DNA from: a virus
DNA length: 51,717 bases
Virus record (IMG/VR): IMGVR_UViG_3300045988_038298
Direction: 5' to 3' (one strand)
The notes under the pieces are model-generated. The model saw only the letters and a program-made list of their open reading frames with translations. It was not told the origin of the DNA and made no database searches. How positions within the stretch are numbered: position 1 is the stretch's first letter; the number at the start of each line of letters is the position of its first letter. The position numbers and the translations under genes are program-made. Below, one piece after another: positions 1 through 8,796 of the stretch.

Positions 1-99
1 ATTTTTTTGTTGTACCCATCTTTGATTATTTCTCTACATTTTCTCAGAATTAATTCTTTGTTGCTTTCACAATCACTACTTTGTTTTCTTTGATCGTTA
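1..99. repeat. 99-bp terminal direct repeat, identical to 51619-51717 (circular-closure overlap)
   Basis: Read directly; atttttttgttgtacccatc...ctttgatcgtta is present at both ends. Confidence 0.95.
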
Positions 100-250
100 A
101 CATTACCGACCTATCGTCCGGTGTAACTCCGAGTGCTTTGATCGCATCCATTGGGAGTGAGATTCTGCAAGTGTATGCATTCTTGCTTGCGTTTCCGCCA
201 GCCTTTGCAAACATGATGTTTCTTTCGATTTCTTTCATGGTATCATTCAC
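50..250 (-). CDS. AbrB/SpoVT-fold DNA-binding protein (66 aa)
   Basis: ORF; CRISLPMDAIKALGVTPDDRSVMLTIKENKVVIV resembles a SpoVT-AbrB swapped-hairpin motif; GGAG just upstream. Confidence 0.55.
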   Translation of the reverse strand: MNDTMKEIERNIMFAKAGGNASKNAYTCRISLPMDAIKALGVTPDDRSVMLTIKENKVVIVKATKN

Positions 251-255
251 TCCTA

Positions 256-483
256 TTAACCTCTTGTCTCTTCGTGCGTTCCATCATCATAGAAGAAGAT
301 TTGACAGTGCTGAAGCTGTTCCCAATCTTCGCCAGTAGAATTTCCGAATGGATCTTGACTCTTTCTTGATACTGTTCTTTCTAATCTCACTTCTCCGATT
401 CCATCCTTGCGATCATCTGCTACTACTTCCCATCCAATTTCTTTTAATTTGTTTAATCTTTCGATTCCTGTGTTCGCCTTCAT
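256..483 (-). CDS. hypothetical protein (75 aa)
   Basis: ORF tightly packed in the - strand operon. Confidence 0.5.
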   Translation of the reverse strand: MKANTGIERLNKLKEIGWEVVADDRKDGIGEVRLERTVSRKSQDPFGNSTGEDWEQLQHCQIFFYDDGTHEETRG

Positions 484-486
484 AAT

Positions 487-1113
487 TCATGCCTCCTCGT
501 CCTTTTTTATTTTTGTTCTATATTCATTTCTTTCTTCTATCAGCTTTTCGATATTTGAGTTAATTCCACGTTTTATTTCCGCTCTGTACTCAATTATTTT
601 CGTATTTTTCTTTCGGCAATAATCGGAACATGTGTTTGTTGCTGTATTAGAAGAAAAAACACGTCCGCAATATACGCAGATTTTCTTTTTCTCTTTTCTT
701 CGTTCTGCTTTTTTTATGTCTTGTCCAGATGCCTTGCCATATCCTTTTTTGTGTTCTCGTTGCCATGCAAGTACCGCTTCTCTTTGGCACTCGTCCGAAC
801 AATATTTTTGCCTTCCGGAATTAACAACATATTCAGCTCCACACAATTTGCACTTGTCGATACTTCCGATTGGCCTAGTTGCACCTCCTCTTTTTCTTGC
901 TCTTTCGCTCGCTTCTCTTTGCCTTATTCTGCGACAGTTCGGACAATAGGATGCACGTGGACCTCCCAAAAATTCAGCTCCGCACGATTTACACGTTCTT
1001 GTACGCATAACATTACTTTTTATAGCTTTCGCACACTCATCGCAATATGTTTTGTCCGTTCCTCCGTAAAAAAGCTTTCCGCATTTTATACAAGCCCTTT
1101 TTGTCCTTCTCAT
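487..1113 (-). CDS. protein with four tandem zinc-ribbon repeats (CxxCG-x8-10-YC-x2-C)
   Basis: Start moved to MRRTKR after RBS aaaggag; repeats CIKCGKLF..YCDEC, CKSCGAEF..YCPNC, CKLCGAEY..YCSDEC, CVYCGRVF..CSDYC. Confidence 0.6.
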   Translation of the reverse strand: MRRTKRACIKCGKLFYGGTDKTYCDECAKAIKSNVMRTRTCKSCGAEFLGGPRASYCPNCRRIRQREASERARKRGGATRPIGSIDKCKLCGAEYVVNSGRQKYCSDECQREAVLAWQREHKKGYGKASGQDIKKAERRKEKKKICVYCGRVFSSNTATNTCSDYCRKKNTKIIEYRAEIKRGINSNIEKLIEERNEYRTKIKKDEEA

Positions 1114-1126
1114 TTTTTCTCCTTTA

Positions 1127-1510
1127 TTACAATACCGCAATCACTTCTGCGTTTCTAATAATGATTTCGTCTACATCATTTCCGTATTCCATTGTGTTTC
1201 CACCGATTAAGTAAATTTTTTCTCCGTATGATTTTACAGTTTCAATCATTTCTTCGATGTTATTCTCAGATACTTCGAGTGCACATGTTCCGTCAAGTTC
1301 TCCACCGTCATAGAATCCAGCATAAGAACCTTCTGAAATGTATGGATATAACAACTCTGTACATTCAAAGTCTGTATACTGAGGATCCTGAAAAAGCTGG
1401 TGTGAGTTATCCATTACTTCACCAATCTGATAATCTCTGCTGTCTGCTCTGATTCCAATGTAATCATATTCTGCTTTCTCAATGATATTTCTGATTTCTT
1501 CGATTGTCAT
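1127..1510 (-). CDS. strongly acidic hypothetical protein (127 aa), first gene after a consensus promoter
   Basis: Start MTIEEIRN after RBS caaggagg; very high D/E and low K/R content. Confidence 0.6.
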   Translation of the reverse strand: MTIEEIRNIIEKAEYDYIGIRADSRDYQIGEVMDNSHQLFQDPQYTDFECTELLYPYISEGSYAGFYDGGELDGTCALEVSENNIEEMIETVKSYGEKIYLIGGNTMEYGNDVDEIIIRNAEVIAVL

Positions 1511-1553
1511 TTTCCATACCTCCTTGAATTTGCTGTCTTCTTTAACTGTCTTT

Positions 1554-1582
1554 ATTATAACGTATTGGACACCAATAGTCAA
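1554..1582 (-). promoter_or_regulatory. sigma70-type promoter TTGACT-17-TATAAT
   Basis: - strand reads ttgactattggtgtccaatacgttataat; -35 at 1577-1582, -10 at 1554-1559. Confidence 0.7.
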
Positions 1583-1603
1583 CACTTTTTCTCAAATTTT
1601 TTC

Positions 1604-1634
1604 AATAAAAAAGACTACGCTTTTACACGTAGCC
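1604..1634 (-). terminator. intrinsic terminator downstream of CDS 1683..2039
   Basis: - strand GGCUACG-UGUAAAAG-CGUAGUC followed by UUUUUUAUU. Confidence 0.65.
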
Positions 1635-1682
1635 TTTCTAGTCTTACCACATCTGTCTATATCCGCCACTTGGGAACCACCT

Positions 1683-2039
1683 TTAGATTATCGCTCTTCC
1701 AAGTAATGTCATTAATCTGTTGTACTCTTCAATCACTTTCCGTCTGTATCCCTGGAAATCCTTTCTCTGCATCGGAATGTATTCCCTTTTGCAGATATTA
1801 TCGTATCCAAGTCCTGTTGTCAGATTAATGAAGAGGAAATTTGCTATCTCCGGCTTTACGTTCTGGCAGCTTTGAAGAAGAAGGACTTGCTCATATCCAG
1901 TGGCTTTCCGGCAGTAGTCAATTATCTTCTTCCCTTGCTCATGAGTGATGCCGTAATCACTCAGGTATGTTTCTCTCACACTCAATGGTATCCACCTCCC
2001 ACGCATGCTTTTATATCTATCCCAACTCTTGTCAGTCAT
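1683..2039 (-). CDS. hypothetical protein (118 aa), last gene of the long early operon
   Basis: ORF; overlaps upstream stop by 4 nt. Confidence 0.55.
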   Translation of the reverse strand: MTDKSWDRYKSMRGRWIPLSVRETYLSDYGITHEQGKKIIDYCRKATGYEQVLLLQSCQNVKPEIANFLFINLTTGLGYDNICKREYIPMQRKDFQGYRRKVIEEYNRLMTLLGRAII

Positions 2040-2224
2040 TCATTCGGATCTTCTTGCAAATAATCACCTTGTGTCCTTATCAGCTTCCTTGCCTGATATG
2101 CCGGACGGTTAAACTCTTCGCTTGCTTTCTTGTCTACCGGTCTTTCTGCCATTCCACCATAATGCTGTTGCAGATTCGCCTTGATCTCTGCCGGGCATCT
2201 TCTTGTCTCTGTACTTCTTTTCAC
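2036..2224 (-). CDS. hypothetical basic protein (62 aa)
   Basis: ORF in operon context. Confidence 0.45.
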   Translation of the reverse strand: MKRSTETRRCPAEIKANLQQHYGGMAERPVDKKASEEFNRPAYQARKLIRTQGDYLQEDPNE

Positions 2225-2230
2225 TGTTCA

Positions 2231-2683
2231 TCACTCCATTAACTCAAATCTGTATTTCTGCTTCACATCTGGGTATTTCACGTGGTCAACCTCGCTCACG
2301 AACATTCCATAAGGTCTGCTCCAAATAGCTCCGTCCTCACATTCATAAACCACATAAAACTGTCCCGGTGCTTCTGTATCCTGGCTGATATGCAAAACCT
2401 TAACTGTATGCCCTTTGAAATGTCTATAAACTTGTCCAGACATAACATTTCTGTCGTTATCTACTGGAACTTTTCTCTTGAAATATTTCTCACAATCTGC
2501 AAGGTCACAGTTGTCGTAATTCAAAGGGCTTTCGTCGTTCCACCTTCCAATGTCAGCTTCTTCCACATGAAGATGATGCGAAAATAAATCTTCAAGCGAT
2601 TCCAATTTGCCCTCAAATTTTTCTTTATCAACCACGCCATCTGCATCCACAAAATATCCACTTACCTTAAATATCTTTGCCAT
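2231..2683 (-). CDS. DUF1653-like protein
   Basis: YRHFKGHTVKVLHISQDTE...FYVVYECEDG..WSRPYGMF matches the DUF1653 signature as recalled. Confidence 0.6.
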   Translation of the reverse strand: MAKIFKVSGYFVDADGVVDKEKFEGKLESLEDLFSHHLHVEEADIGRWNDESPLNYDNCDLADCEKYFKRKVPVDNDRNVMSGQVYRHFKGHTVKVLHISQDTEAPGQFYVVYECEDGAIWSRPYGMFVSEVDHVKYPDVKQKYRFELME

Positions 2684-2685
2684 TG

Positions 2686-3087
2686 TTATTTATCTCCTTT
2701 CGCTTTCTCCAATAATTCCGGGTTGTCAAATATGTTGCCGACAACACGAACATTGCTCAAATATGCCCAGTATGCTAAATCGTGTCTGAGAAATTCTGAA
2801 GCTTTCGTATTCCACTTAATTATAAATGCACCTTCTTCATACTTAATCACTCCGTAATAGTGTCCGCATTGCACAATATCGTTTTCCCAAAATTCCTCGC
2901 CTAATTCATTTGTTAATTCTGTATACTGGCAAATCGTATTTTCATCAATCAGAAATTCACCCTCAAGGCTTTTGCCGTAGATATAATTCTCGTCACTAAG
3001 ATAGCCGTATACCCATGTTCCATTAAGATGCTCGTTACTATCCATTGCATGGATATGTTTCCCTCTAAAAAGTATTTCTCTATTCAT
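2686..3087 (-). CDS. YopX family protein
   Basis: MNREILFRGK...WVYGY...ICQYTEL..ENDIV pattern; RBS ggagg. Confidence 0.7.
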   Translation of the reverse strand: MNREILFRGKHIHAMDSNEHLNGTWVYGYLSDENYIYGKSLEGEFLIDENTICQYTELTNELGEEFWENDIVQCGHYYGVIKYEEGAFIIKWNTKASEFLRHDLAYWAYLSNVRVVGNIFDNPELLEKAKGDK

Positions 3088-3535
3088 AACTGTCAACTAC
3101 CTCCAACTTTTTCAGATCCTCGATAAGCCACGGTTTTTCGTCCGACCATTTGACCATTGGAAAATCTACATTGTATTTTAGATGCAAACAAGAACAATTA
3201 CGCCCTATCCAATTCAGAAGGCCTTCTTCTTTATACGGCGTTAATCGGTATAAAAACAACTCACCGTTCTTATCTCTTGCGATACACTTATATTCTTCTT
3301 TAACATACTCCAAAAAAGCTTTATCTTTTTTGGAAATCACCGGCTTTTCTATGTACTCGGATTCTGCCCATTCTTTCAACGCTATCTTGCATCCACCTTT
3401 ATTACTCAACGTGCAATCAATACATACGATATTATTGCAACTGACTGGATTTCCAGTAGCTTTATCAACCGCAACGCAACTTCCATCGCACACGATCTCC
3501 GCAATCTCTTTTGCAAACTTCTCTTTATTTTTCAT
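3080..3535 (-). CDS. hypothetical Cys-containing protein (151 aa)
   Basis: Start MKNKEK after RBS ggagtggag. Confidence 0.55.
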   Translation of the reverse strand: MKNKEKFAKEIAEIVCDGSCVAVDKATGNPVSCNNIVCIDCTLSNKGGCKIALKEWAESEYIEKPVISKKDKAFLEYVKEEYKCIARDKNGELFLYRLTPYKEEGLLNWIGRNCSCLHLKYNVDFPMVKWSDEKPWLIEDLKKLEVVDSYE

Positions 3536-3539
3536 AGTA

Positions 3540-3782
3540 TTATCTCCACTCCCCCAAATGTTCAAAACATTCTTTTTTAAATTTTTCTAATACATCTATT
3601 AGGTTGTCTATTTCGTAAGAATCCTGAAATATTATCTCGATTGTTTCAGGATTAGATGTGTCAATATCATTACAGTAGGGAAATGGTTTCATAAAACAAT
3701 TAAATCTAGCATTTATACCTTTATGTGTTAATGATATTTGATTAACACTTTCTTTATTTCCAATAATCTTCATCTCTTCCAC
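3540..3782 (-). CDS. hypothetical protein (80 aa)
   Basis: ORF in operon. Confidence 0.5.
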   Translation of the reverse strand: MEEMKIIGNKESVNQISLTHKGINARFNCFMKPFPYCNDIDTSNPETIEIIFQDSYEIDNLIDVLEKFKKECFEHLGEWR

Positions 3783-3785
3783 CTA

Positions 3786-4046
3786 TCAAAGTTTATCTAT
3801 TGCTTCATGACTCAAATTCTTGATTCTCTTTTTCTTTCCGCATTTACGACATTTCAATAATGCATCTCTACGGAATGTATTTACAAATTCGAAATCATAT
3901 TCGTGTTTGCATAAACACTTGATTTTACAACCATTTTTTCTCCAACTCTTGATTTTTTCTTCAAGTCCAGTTAAAAAACATGCAACTACAAGAGCAACTG
4001 TTGCACTTCCAACTACCATCAAAATTTCTTTTATAACTTCAATCAT
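3786..4046 (-). CDS. membrane-anchored protein with C-terminal CxC/CxxC cluster
   Basis: Hydrophobic segment MVVGSATVALVVACFL followed by CKIKCLCK...CRKCGKK. Confidence 0.5.
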   Translation of the reverse strand: MIEVIKEILMVVGSATVALVVACFLTGLEEKIKSWRKNGCKIKCLCKHEYDFEFVNTFRRDALLKCRKCGKKKRIKNLSHEAIDKL

Positions 4047-4428
4047 TTCTTCCGCCTCGCTTAACAATTTTAATGGCTTCAATAAACGCTTCATATCTTC
4101 CCTGACTCACTCCGTCATTGTATTGACTTTCGCCATCGCCATTACCTAATTCGTCACACATATCACCTGTGTGGAGTTCTACTTCTCGGAGATTTTCTAG
4201 TTCTTCAACAACTTTCTCCACATCAAACGCTGTTTTGTAATTCCTTAATGTTCTGATTTCAACTCTACAGTCAGTTCTGTTATTTTGTAATTCTTGAATT
4301 TTTGCATCTATATCATATAGTGTGCTTTCTTCAAATTTTCTCGCTTGCCATCTCACTATTGCTTTTGTCAATTTCATTATCTCTTCTTCAATTCTTGCGA
4401 TTTCTGCATCTACATCAATTAGTCTCAT
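4039..4428 (-). CDS. coiled-coil hypothetical protein
   Basis: Start MRLIDVDAEI after RBS ggagtgag. Confidence 0.5.
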   Translation of the reverse strand: MRLIDVDAEIARIEEEIMKLTKAIVRWQARKFEESTLYDIDAKIQELQNNRTDCRVEIRTLRNYKTAFDVEKVVEELENLREVELHTGDMCDELGNGDGESQYNDGVSQGRYEAFIEAIKIVKRGGRND

Positions 4429-4702
4429 CAATCTCACTCCAATCAAATTTACAACCACATTCGCCACAATAGTTGTTTCTGCTCTCTGCATCTGACATTA
4501 CCTGTTTGCCACACAATGGACATCCGTAGTCGATATCTCCGTTCAGTTCGTCTAAGATAATCGGCTTTACTGGAATCTGCTTTTTCAATGCAACGAGAGC
4601 CATTCGCACAGCTGCATCATGCTTTCTTGCACTGATAGCTGCTTTCGGAACTTCTGTATGTATGTCTTTCTCCAATATCTCCATAGCTTCTTTAATTTCC
4701 AT
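4415..4702 (-). CDS. zinc-ribbon protein, paralog of 10106..10354
   Basis: ALKKQIPVKPI...CPLCG...YCGECGCKFDW; same architecture as the other copy. Confidence 0.55.
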   Translation of the reverse strand: MEIKEAMEILEKDIHTEVPKAAISARKHDAAVRMALVALKKQIPVKPIILDELNGDIDYGCPLCGKQVMSDAESRNNYCGECGCKFDWSEIDETN

Positions 4703-4713
4703 CTTTTTCTCCT

Positions 4714-5010
4714 TTATCTCAACTGATTCTTTTGTATTTCTTCGAAGATTTTCTTGCAACCTTTCTGTTGATCGAGTTCTTTCAGATGCTCAACACGGTT
4801 ATTCCATATCTCAATAGCTTCCTCTTTGGAATTCGCTCCGTGTATCGCATAGCAATCTTCCTCGGATGTATCTATTGTTGTTCCATGTATTCCATCGTAG
4901 TGGCAGTATCTCGGACAGCCAGCCGACCATCCGAAATAAAATCCGTCTACTACATCTCTTGAAAGATATGCTTTCGTTCCACATCTAGGACATGGTTTTA
5001 ATTCACTCAT
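4714..5010 (-). CDS. Lar-like restriction-alleviation family protein (tentative)
   Basis: N-terminus MSELKPCPRCG resembles the Lar family start LKPCPFCG; RBS aaaggag. Confidence 0.45.
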   Translation of the reverse strand: MSELKPCPRCGTKAYLSRDVVDGFYFGWSAGCPRYCHYDGIHGTTIDTSEEDCYAIHGANSKEEAIEIWNNRVEHLKELDQQKGCKKIFEEIQKNQLR

Positions 5011-5011
5011 A

Positions 5012-5362
5012 TCATTCTCCTTTATAGGGTTCCGGTAACGGCATCCAGGCAACAATTGTTTTTGCCGTGTGTTCATAGATTCCTTGAAAGTTTCCGTTTT
5101 CCCAATATCTCATTTCTGTTACTATTCCGCTGTAAAAACATACAATTACATCCGTGTTATCCTCCGGCAACCTCTCGCTGCATGGAATCCACTTCTGACT
5201 TTGCAGTGCAATAGCAATTTTCGCAAGTTCGATAGCATCAAGCCATTCTCCACATTTTTCTTTTTCCTCAAACTCAGCTAACTTCTCAATAGCTTCTGAC
5301 AGCTTGTTCTTGTCCTTAATCACTGCTTTCCCACAGTGGTAGGTTGTTAATCTCTCTTTCAT
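5012..5362 (-). CDS. DUF551-like protein
   Basis: KWIPCSERLPEDNTDVIV...AWMPLPEPYKG. Confidence 0.6.
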   Translation of the reverse strand: MKERLTTYHCGKAVIKDKNKLSEAIEKLAEFEEKEKCGEWLDAIELAKIAIALQSQKWIPCSERLPEDNTDVIVCFYSGIVTEMRYWENGNFQGIYEHTAKTIVAWMPLPEPYKGE

Positions 5363-5637
5363 TCCCTCACCTCTTCCAGCAAGCCATTCACAACCAATTC
5401 ACACTCGATCTCGGTTGCTGTCCGCTTGTCACTGAATTTACAGTTTGGATTCTTGTGGATCCTAGCATCTTTGATCGGCCATTCAGTTTCAGTAAAATGC
5501 TTACTGTCCACAAACATCACTCTGTGTCCGTTCTTCACGCAGAGATAGTAACTCTCTGCGCTTTTCGGAAACCCTCTGCATCGCTTGAACCCGAACCGCA
5601 TAAACTCACTTGCTTTTACCTTTGGTCTTAATCTCAC
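5359..5637 (-). CDS. hypothetical protein (92 aa)
   Basis: ORF; 4-nt overlap with the next gene. Confidence 0.5.
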   Translation of the reverse strand: MRLRPKVKASEFMRFGFKRCRGFPKSAESYYLCVKNGHRVMFVDSKHFTETEWPIKDARIHKNPNCKFSDKRTATEIECELVVNGLLEEVRE

Positions 5638-5935
5638 GATATCTCACTCCTTTTTCATACTTTGTACATTCCGACGGATCACAACCACGTTCATGGTCAG
5701 TGATTAAAATATAGTCGCAGCCTTTTCTTGCGTCAGATGCTCTGTATTTACACGTCTTGCAAAGATGTCTGTCTCCGTTGAAGCTATATGCTTCTCTTTC
5801 TTTCCTTCTAATTTGACCGGCGTATATACTAATAGTGCTATAGGAAATTCCAGTCTCTTCCGAAATCTGCTTATATGTCTTCCCATCTTTCATCATCTTT
5901 TTGATGATCGCTTTCTTTTCGCTTGGCTCTTTCAT
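5606..5935 (-). CDS. HTH protein with C-terminal Cys cluster (candidate regulator)
   Basis: GKTYKQISEETGISYSTISIY looks like an HTH; followed by CKTCKY...C...C...C. Confidence 0.5.
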   Translation of the reverse strand: MKEPSEKKAIIKKMMKDGKTYKQISEETGISYSTISIYAGQIRRKEREAYSFNGDRHLCKTCKYRASDARKGCDYILITDHERGCDPSECTKYEKGVRYREIKTKGKSK

Positions 5936-5949
5936 TTCCTCCTCACTTT

Positions 5950-6291
5950 CTATATCTCATCATCTGCTGGAAACTGGAATAAATACTTTTCGGCAAGTTG
6001 TTTTCTAACATCATCGATAACGGAAACGGATATTTTCGACAAAGTGTCAGCCACTTTCTGAATCATATCTTTGTTAAGTTCACTCTGTGCATACTGTTCT
6101 CTGCACATTTCCATAGCTTTGATTGCTTTTTCTTCGGTGGAATATTCAGCTAAAATATAAACTCTATCCCCTTTGCCGATGTCATTCCCCGGAAACGTTC
6201 CAACGATTGTTGCCATATTTTTTGAATATGGGGATATTGCAATTAATTCATAAGGCGCATCCAGTAATCCATTCTGACTAATGATTCTCAT
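5950..6291 (-). CDS. hypothetical protein (113 aa)
   Basis: ORF in operon. Confidence 0.5.
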   Translation of the reverse strand: MRIISQNGLLDAPYELIAISPYSKNMATIVGTFPGNDIGKGDRVYILAEYSTEEKAIKAMEMCREQYAQSELNKDMIQKVADTLSKISVSVIDDVRKQLAEKYLFQFPADDEI

Positions 6292-6842
6292 TATCTTCCA
6301 CTCCTTAACATACAGAATAGTAATTCTGTCATAGATCTTTTTCTTAGTCCCATTCTACAAGGCTTTACTACCTTTAATTCCCACCCCATCACATTTGCAT
6401 CATCTATCGGCGTTGGATTTTGGAATTCATCTTCTGGCTCTTTCATGTACGGGACAGCTACCATAATTCCCCAATATTTAGATGATTCCGGGTTGCATTG
6501 GTGTAAGTGTTCATCGAACTTACCGTTTTGCAAATCTGGTATCAAGTCTTTGTAGCACTCCATCGTAGTTACTATATAGTTCTTTTCTCCATAGAAATTC
6601 AGTCCATTCCCGCTATAAACATCTTCCTTGCAGCTTTTAATTTCGTAACAAGTAAATATTCCTTTTTCCACCCCGGATATAGACATTTGATCTCCGGGTG
6701 AAAACTGCATATAATCCACGCGTTTCGCCTTAGATGTCCACGGGTCAATACTCACTTCTTTTGCATAATGTTTTCCAAAAACGTTTAGTTTGGTGCGTTC
6801 AAGTGTATGTGACAGGAAAAGTGTAATTTCTTTTCTATTCAT
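6291..6842 (-). CDS. PD-(D/E)XK nuclease-like protein (MmcB-like)
   Basis: RVDYMQF ... CYEIKSCKED is compatible with a D...ExK motif. Confidence 0.5.
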   Translation of the reverse strand: MNRKEITLFLSHTLERTKLNVFGKHYAKEVSIDPWTSKAKRVDYMQFSPGDQMSISGVEKGIFTCYEIKSCKEDVYSGNGLNFYGEKNYIVTTMECYKDLIPDLQNGKFDEHLHQCNPESSKYWGIMVAVPYMKEPEDEFQNPTPIDDANVMGWELKVVKPCRMGLRKRSMTELLFCMLRSGR

Positions 6843-6987
6843 TTTTATCCTCCTTTACATAATACGGGCACTCTACCGCATATTCGTAGCTATCTATATC
6901 ATCGCACTGAATATTGCATTGGTCTTTTATCTGACATTCCAAACAACACGCATTCTGTCCATACAAGCAATAATTCTTGCATCCCAT
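6835..6987 (-). CDS. small Cys-rich protein (50 aa, below the ORF-track cut-off)
   Basis: Hand translation MGCKNYCLYGQNACCLECQIKDQCNIQCDD...; starts directly after the upstream stop and overlaps the next ATG. Confidence 0.4.
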   Translation of the reverse strand: MGCKNYCLYGQNACCLECQIKDQCNIQCDDIDSYEYAVECPYYVKEDKNE

Positions 6988-7689
6988 TTACTGTTCCTCT
7001 CCATATTTGAATTCGCACTTAATCTGTCTAGCTGAAACAATCATATTCACGAAATCAGCTGCATGGTTGATTTCAATATTTGCCGGAATTCCACAGTCAT
7101 CAAACATCTTAATTTCATAATGCTCGTCTACTAATTCCAAAACATCAGCGAAATCATTGTCCTCGTCTGGAAATCCATCGAGAATATCTCTGATTTCATC
7201 TTCGATGTTTGACAGTAATGAAATCATCGGAACATTGACTGTTCTCTGCGGAATTGCAAGTCTTCTGGTTGCCTCTCCGCAAGTCAGAAGTAGCTCATAT
7301 TCGCACTCGTAATATCCTTCTGTCAGATAAGCGTTTTCCGGGAATTCGTCCGTCACCGTCGGTTTGTTTTTACTGCTTTCTTTGATGTCATACGGCACAT
7401 AGTAGTCAATTACATGCTTTTCTTCCAATGTATCTTGGCAAAAGAAGACGATATGCTCTTTTTCTAACAATGTGACGTTCTCCCGGAATCTGTCAAATTC
7501 CGCTGTATTGCCTTTCTCAGCATCAACCTTGAAGAATGATTCGAATTCTCCGGTATCAACATTCTTTCTGCCGATTATACTCGCATAAATGTCCGGAATT
7601 GCTGTTCCTCTGCATTTAAGTTCAATTTTGTTTTCAAGAATCAACCCTTTTGCTTCTAAATCTTCTCTTGCTATTGCTGTTAATTTCAT
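6988..7689 (-). CDS. hypothetical protein (233 aa)
   Basis: Start MKLTAIARED in ATGA overlap with the upstream stop. Confidence 0.55.
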   Translation of the reverse strand: MKLTAIAREDLEAKGLILENKIELKCRGTAIPDIYASIIGRKNVDTGEFESFFKVDAEKGNTAEFDRFRENVTLLEKEHIVFFCQDTLEEKHVIDYYVPYDIKESSKNKPTVTDEFPENAYLTEGYYECEYELLLTCGEATRRLAIPQRTVNVPMISLLSNIEDEIRDILDGFPDEDNDFADVLELVDEHYEIKMFDDCGIPANIEINHAADFVNMIVSARQIKCEFKYGEEQ

Positions 7690-8042
7690 AATTCGTGTTC
7701 CTCTTTCCATTTCTTCTCACTGAATTCATCCGGTTCCATATATGTGTTTCCATCACACTCAACAACTCCACGTCCGTATCTGTAAGCACATTGTCTACAG
7801 AGTGGTCTGAATGCTATAAATCCTCTATCTCTTCCCTTAGATATTTGAAACCTTGCTGTGTATGGCATGATTTTGATTCCCGGAACATGAGATTTCATAT
7901 CTCTGCCACAACACCAGCATTTATATTCGCATCCAGTTATCTCATGGATTTCTTTACTGTAATCTTTTAAAATCCCACCATATCGAAAAGGCTTATCTTT
8001 CAGTGTATTCTTCCCTTTCATGTGATTTCTCCTTTTCTTCAT
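7686..8042 (-). CDS. Cys-rich hypothetical protein
   Basis: CEYKCWCC...CRQC; alternative start at 8021 after RBS aaggag. Confidence 0.5.
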   Translation of the reverse strand: MKKRRNHMKGKNTLKDKPFRYGGILKDYSKEIHEITGCEYKCWCCGRDMKSHVPGIKIMPYTARFQISKGRDRGFIAFRPLCRQCAYRYGRGVVECDGNTYMEPDEFSEKKWKEEHEL

Positions 8043-8779
8043 CAGCTCCAGGATGCTTCCGGTTCAGCTTCGACCTCAACATCATCATCGTGCATCTCCA
8101 TAATATCTGTGATATCGCAGAATGCTCGATCTAACCGCATCATGAAAATGTCAAATTCATCTACGTATCTTAATGAATTGATATCAAGTTCGCTTTTGAA
8201 TCCTGTGATACGGAATCTATTACTTCTTGATTCATATAAATGGATTTTCTTTGTCAGCTTCTCATCCTCTACACATTTAAAAACTAAATCGCAAAATCTT
8301 CCTCCGAACATACTATTTCTTATATCCACGCTTACTCTTACTTCCACATTTTGGTAACTCGGTCCATCGCCTGTGCAGATTTTAAGTTTAGATGTATCAA
8401 CATTCTTGCTGACATATTCCTTGTATTTCTCGAATACGTCTTTTAAGCTGCTTACATCTTTATCCGGCTCTGTCATAAGGCTTTTGAAGTTTCCTAAGAT
8501 TTCCTTGTTGTCAACTAAATTCGTGCTGTTAATAATTTCTGTGAGAATTGCATCAAGTTTTACCACATAATCATCCAAACTTACTCTTTCGATTGCCGGT
8601 GTCATTACTTCTTTTACTTTCTCATCAATAACCTTTCTTGCATCACCATTCCATCCGAACTGTTCTTCGATACTACTTTTCAGTGCTTTGGTCACGGCAT
8701 CAGATACAAGTTCCTCAACTGTGCCATCATTCAATTTATCTGTTACTGCCTTTGCTATTCTTTCTTCAAATGTACTCAT
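8042..8779 (-). CDS. hypothetical protein (245 aa)
   Basis: Long ORF in operon. Confidence 0.55.
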   Translation of the reverse strand: MSTFEERIAKAVTDKLNDGTVEELVSDAVTKALKSSIEEQFGWNGDARKVIDEKVKEVMTPAIERVSLDDYVVKLDAILTEIINSTNLVDNKEILGNFKSLMTEPDKDVSSLKDVFEKYKEYVSKNVDTSKLKICTGDGPSYQNVEVRVSVDIRNSMFGGRFCDLVFKCVEDEKLTKKIHLYESRSNRFRITGFKSELDINSLRYVDEFDIFMMRLDRAFCDITDIMEMHDDDVEVEAEPEASWS

Positions 8780-8796
8780 AATTCGTTCCTTTCTCC

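Noticed and set aside
50-483. AbrB-fold gene and its upstream 75-aa neighbour considered as a toxin-antitoxin pair.
   Set aside because: The gene order (the AbrB-fold gene comes last) and the lack of any recognisable toxin fold argue against it. A transcription-regulator role is equally plausible.
721-1158. Numerous + strand track ORFs antisense to the - strand genes (for example 721..1158, 12527..12919, 14194..14622, 33039..33524, 48903..49301).
   Set aside because: They lie fully inside longer - strand ORFs that have recognisable domains, RBSs and coupled junctions. Their translations are low-complexity (rich in S, L, F and C), as expected for the reverse frames of AT-rich coding DNA.
5704-5886. 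Same-strand nested ORFs in alternative frames (5704..5886, 10982..11191, 17972..18172, 25111..25350, 38310..38582, 40580..40852, 46532..46804).
   Set aside because: Each lies entirely within a longer gene that has clear domain signatures. None has an RBS or independent support.
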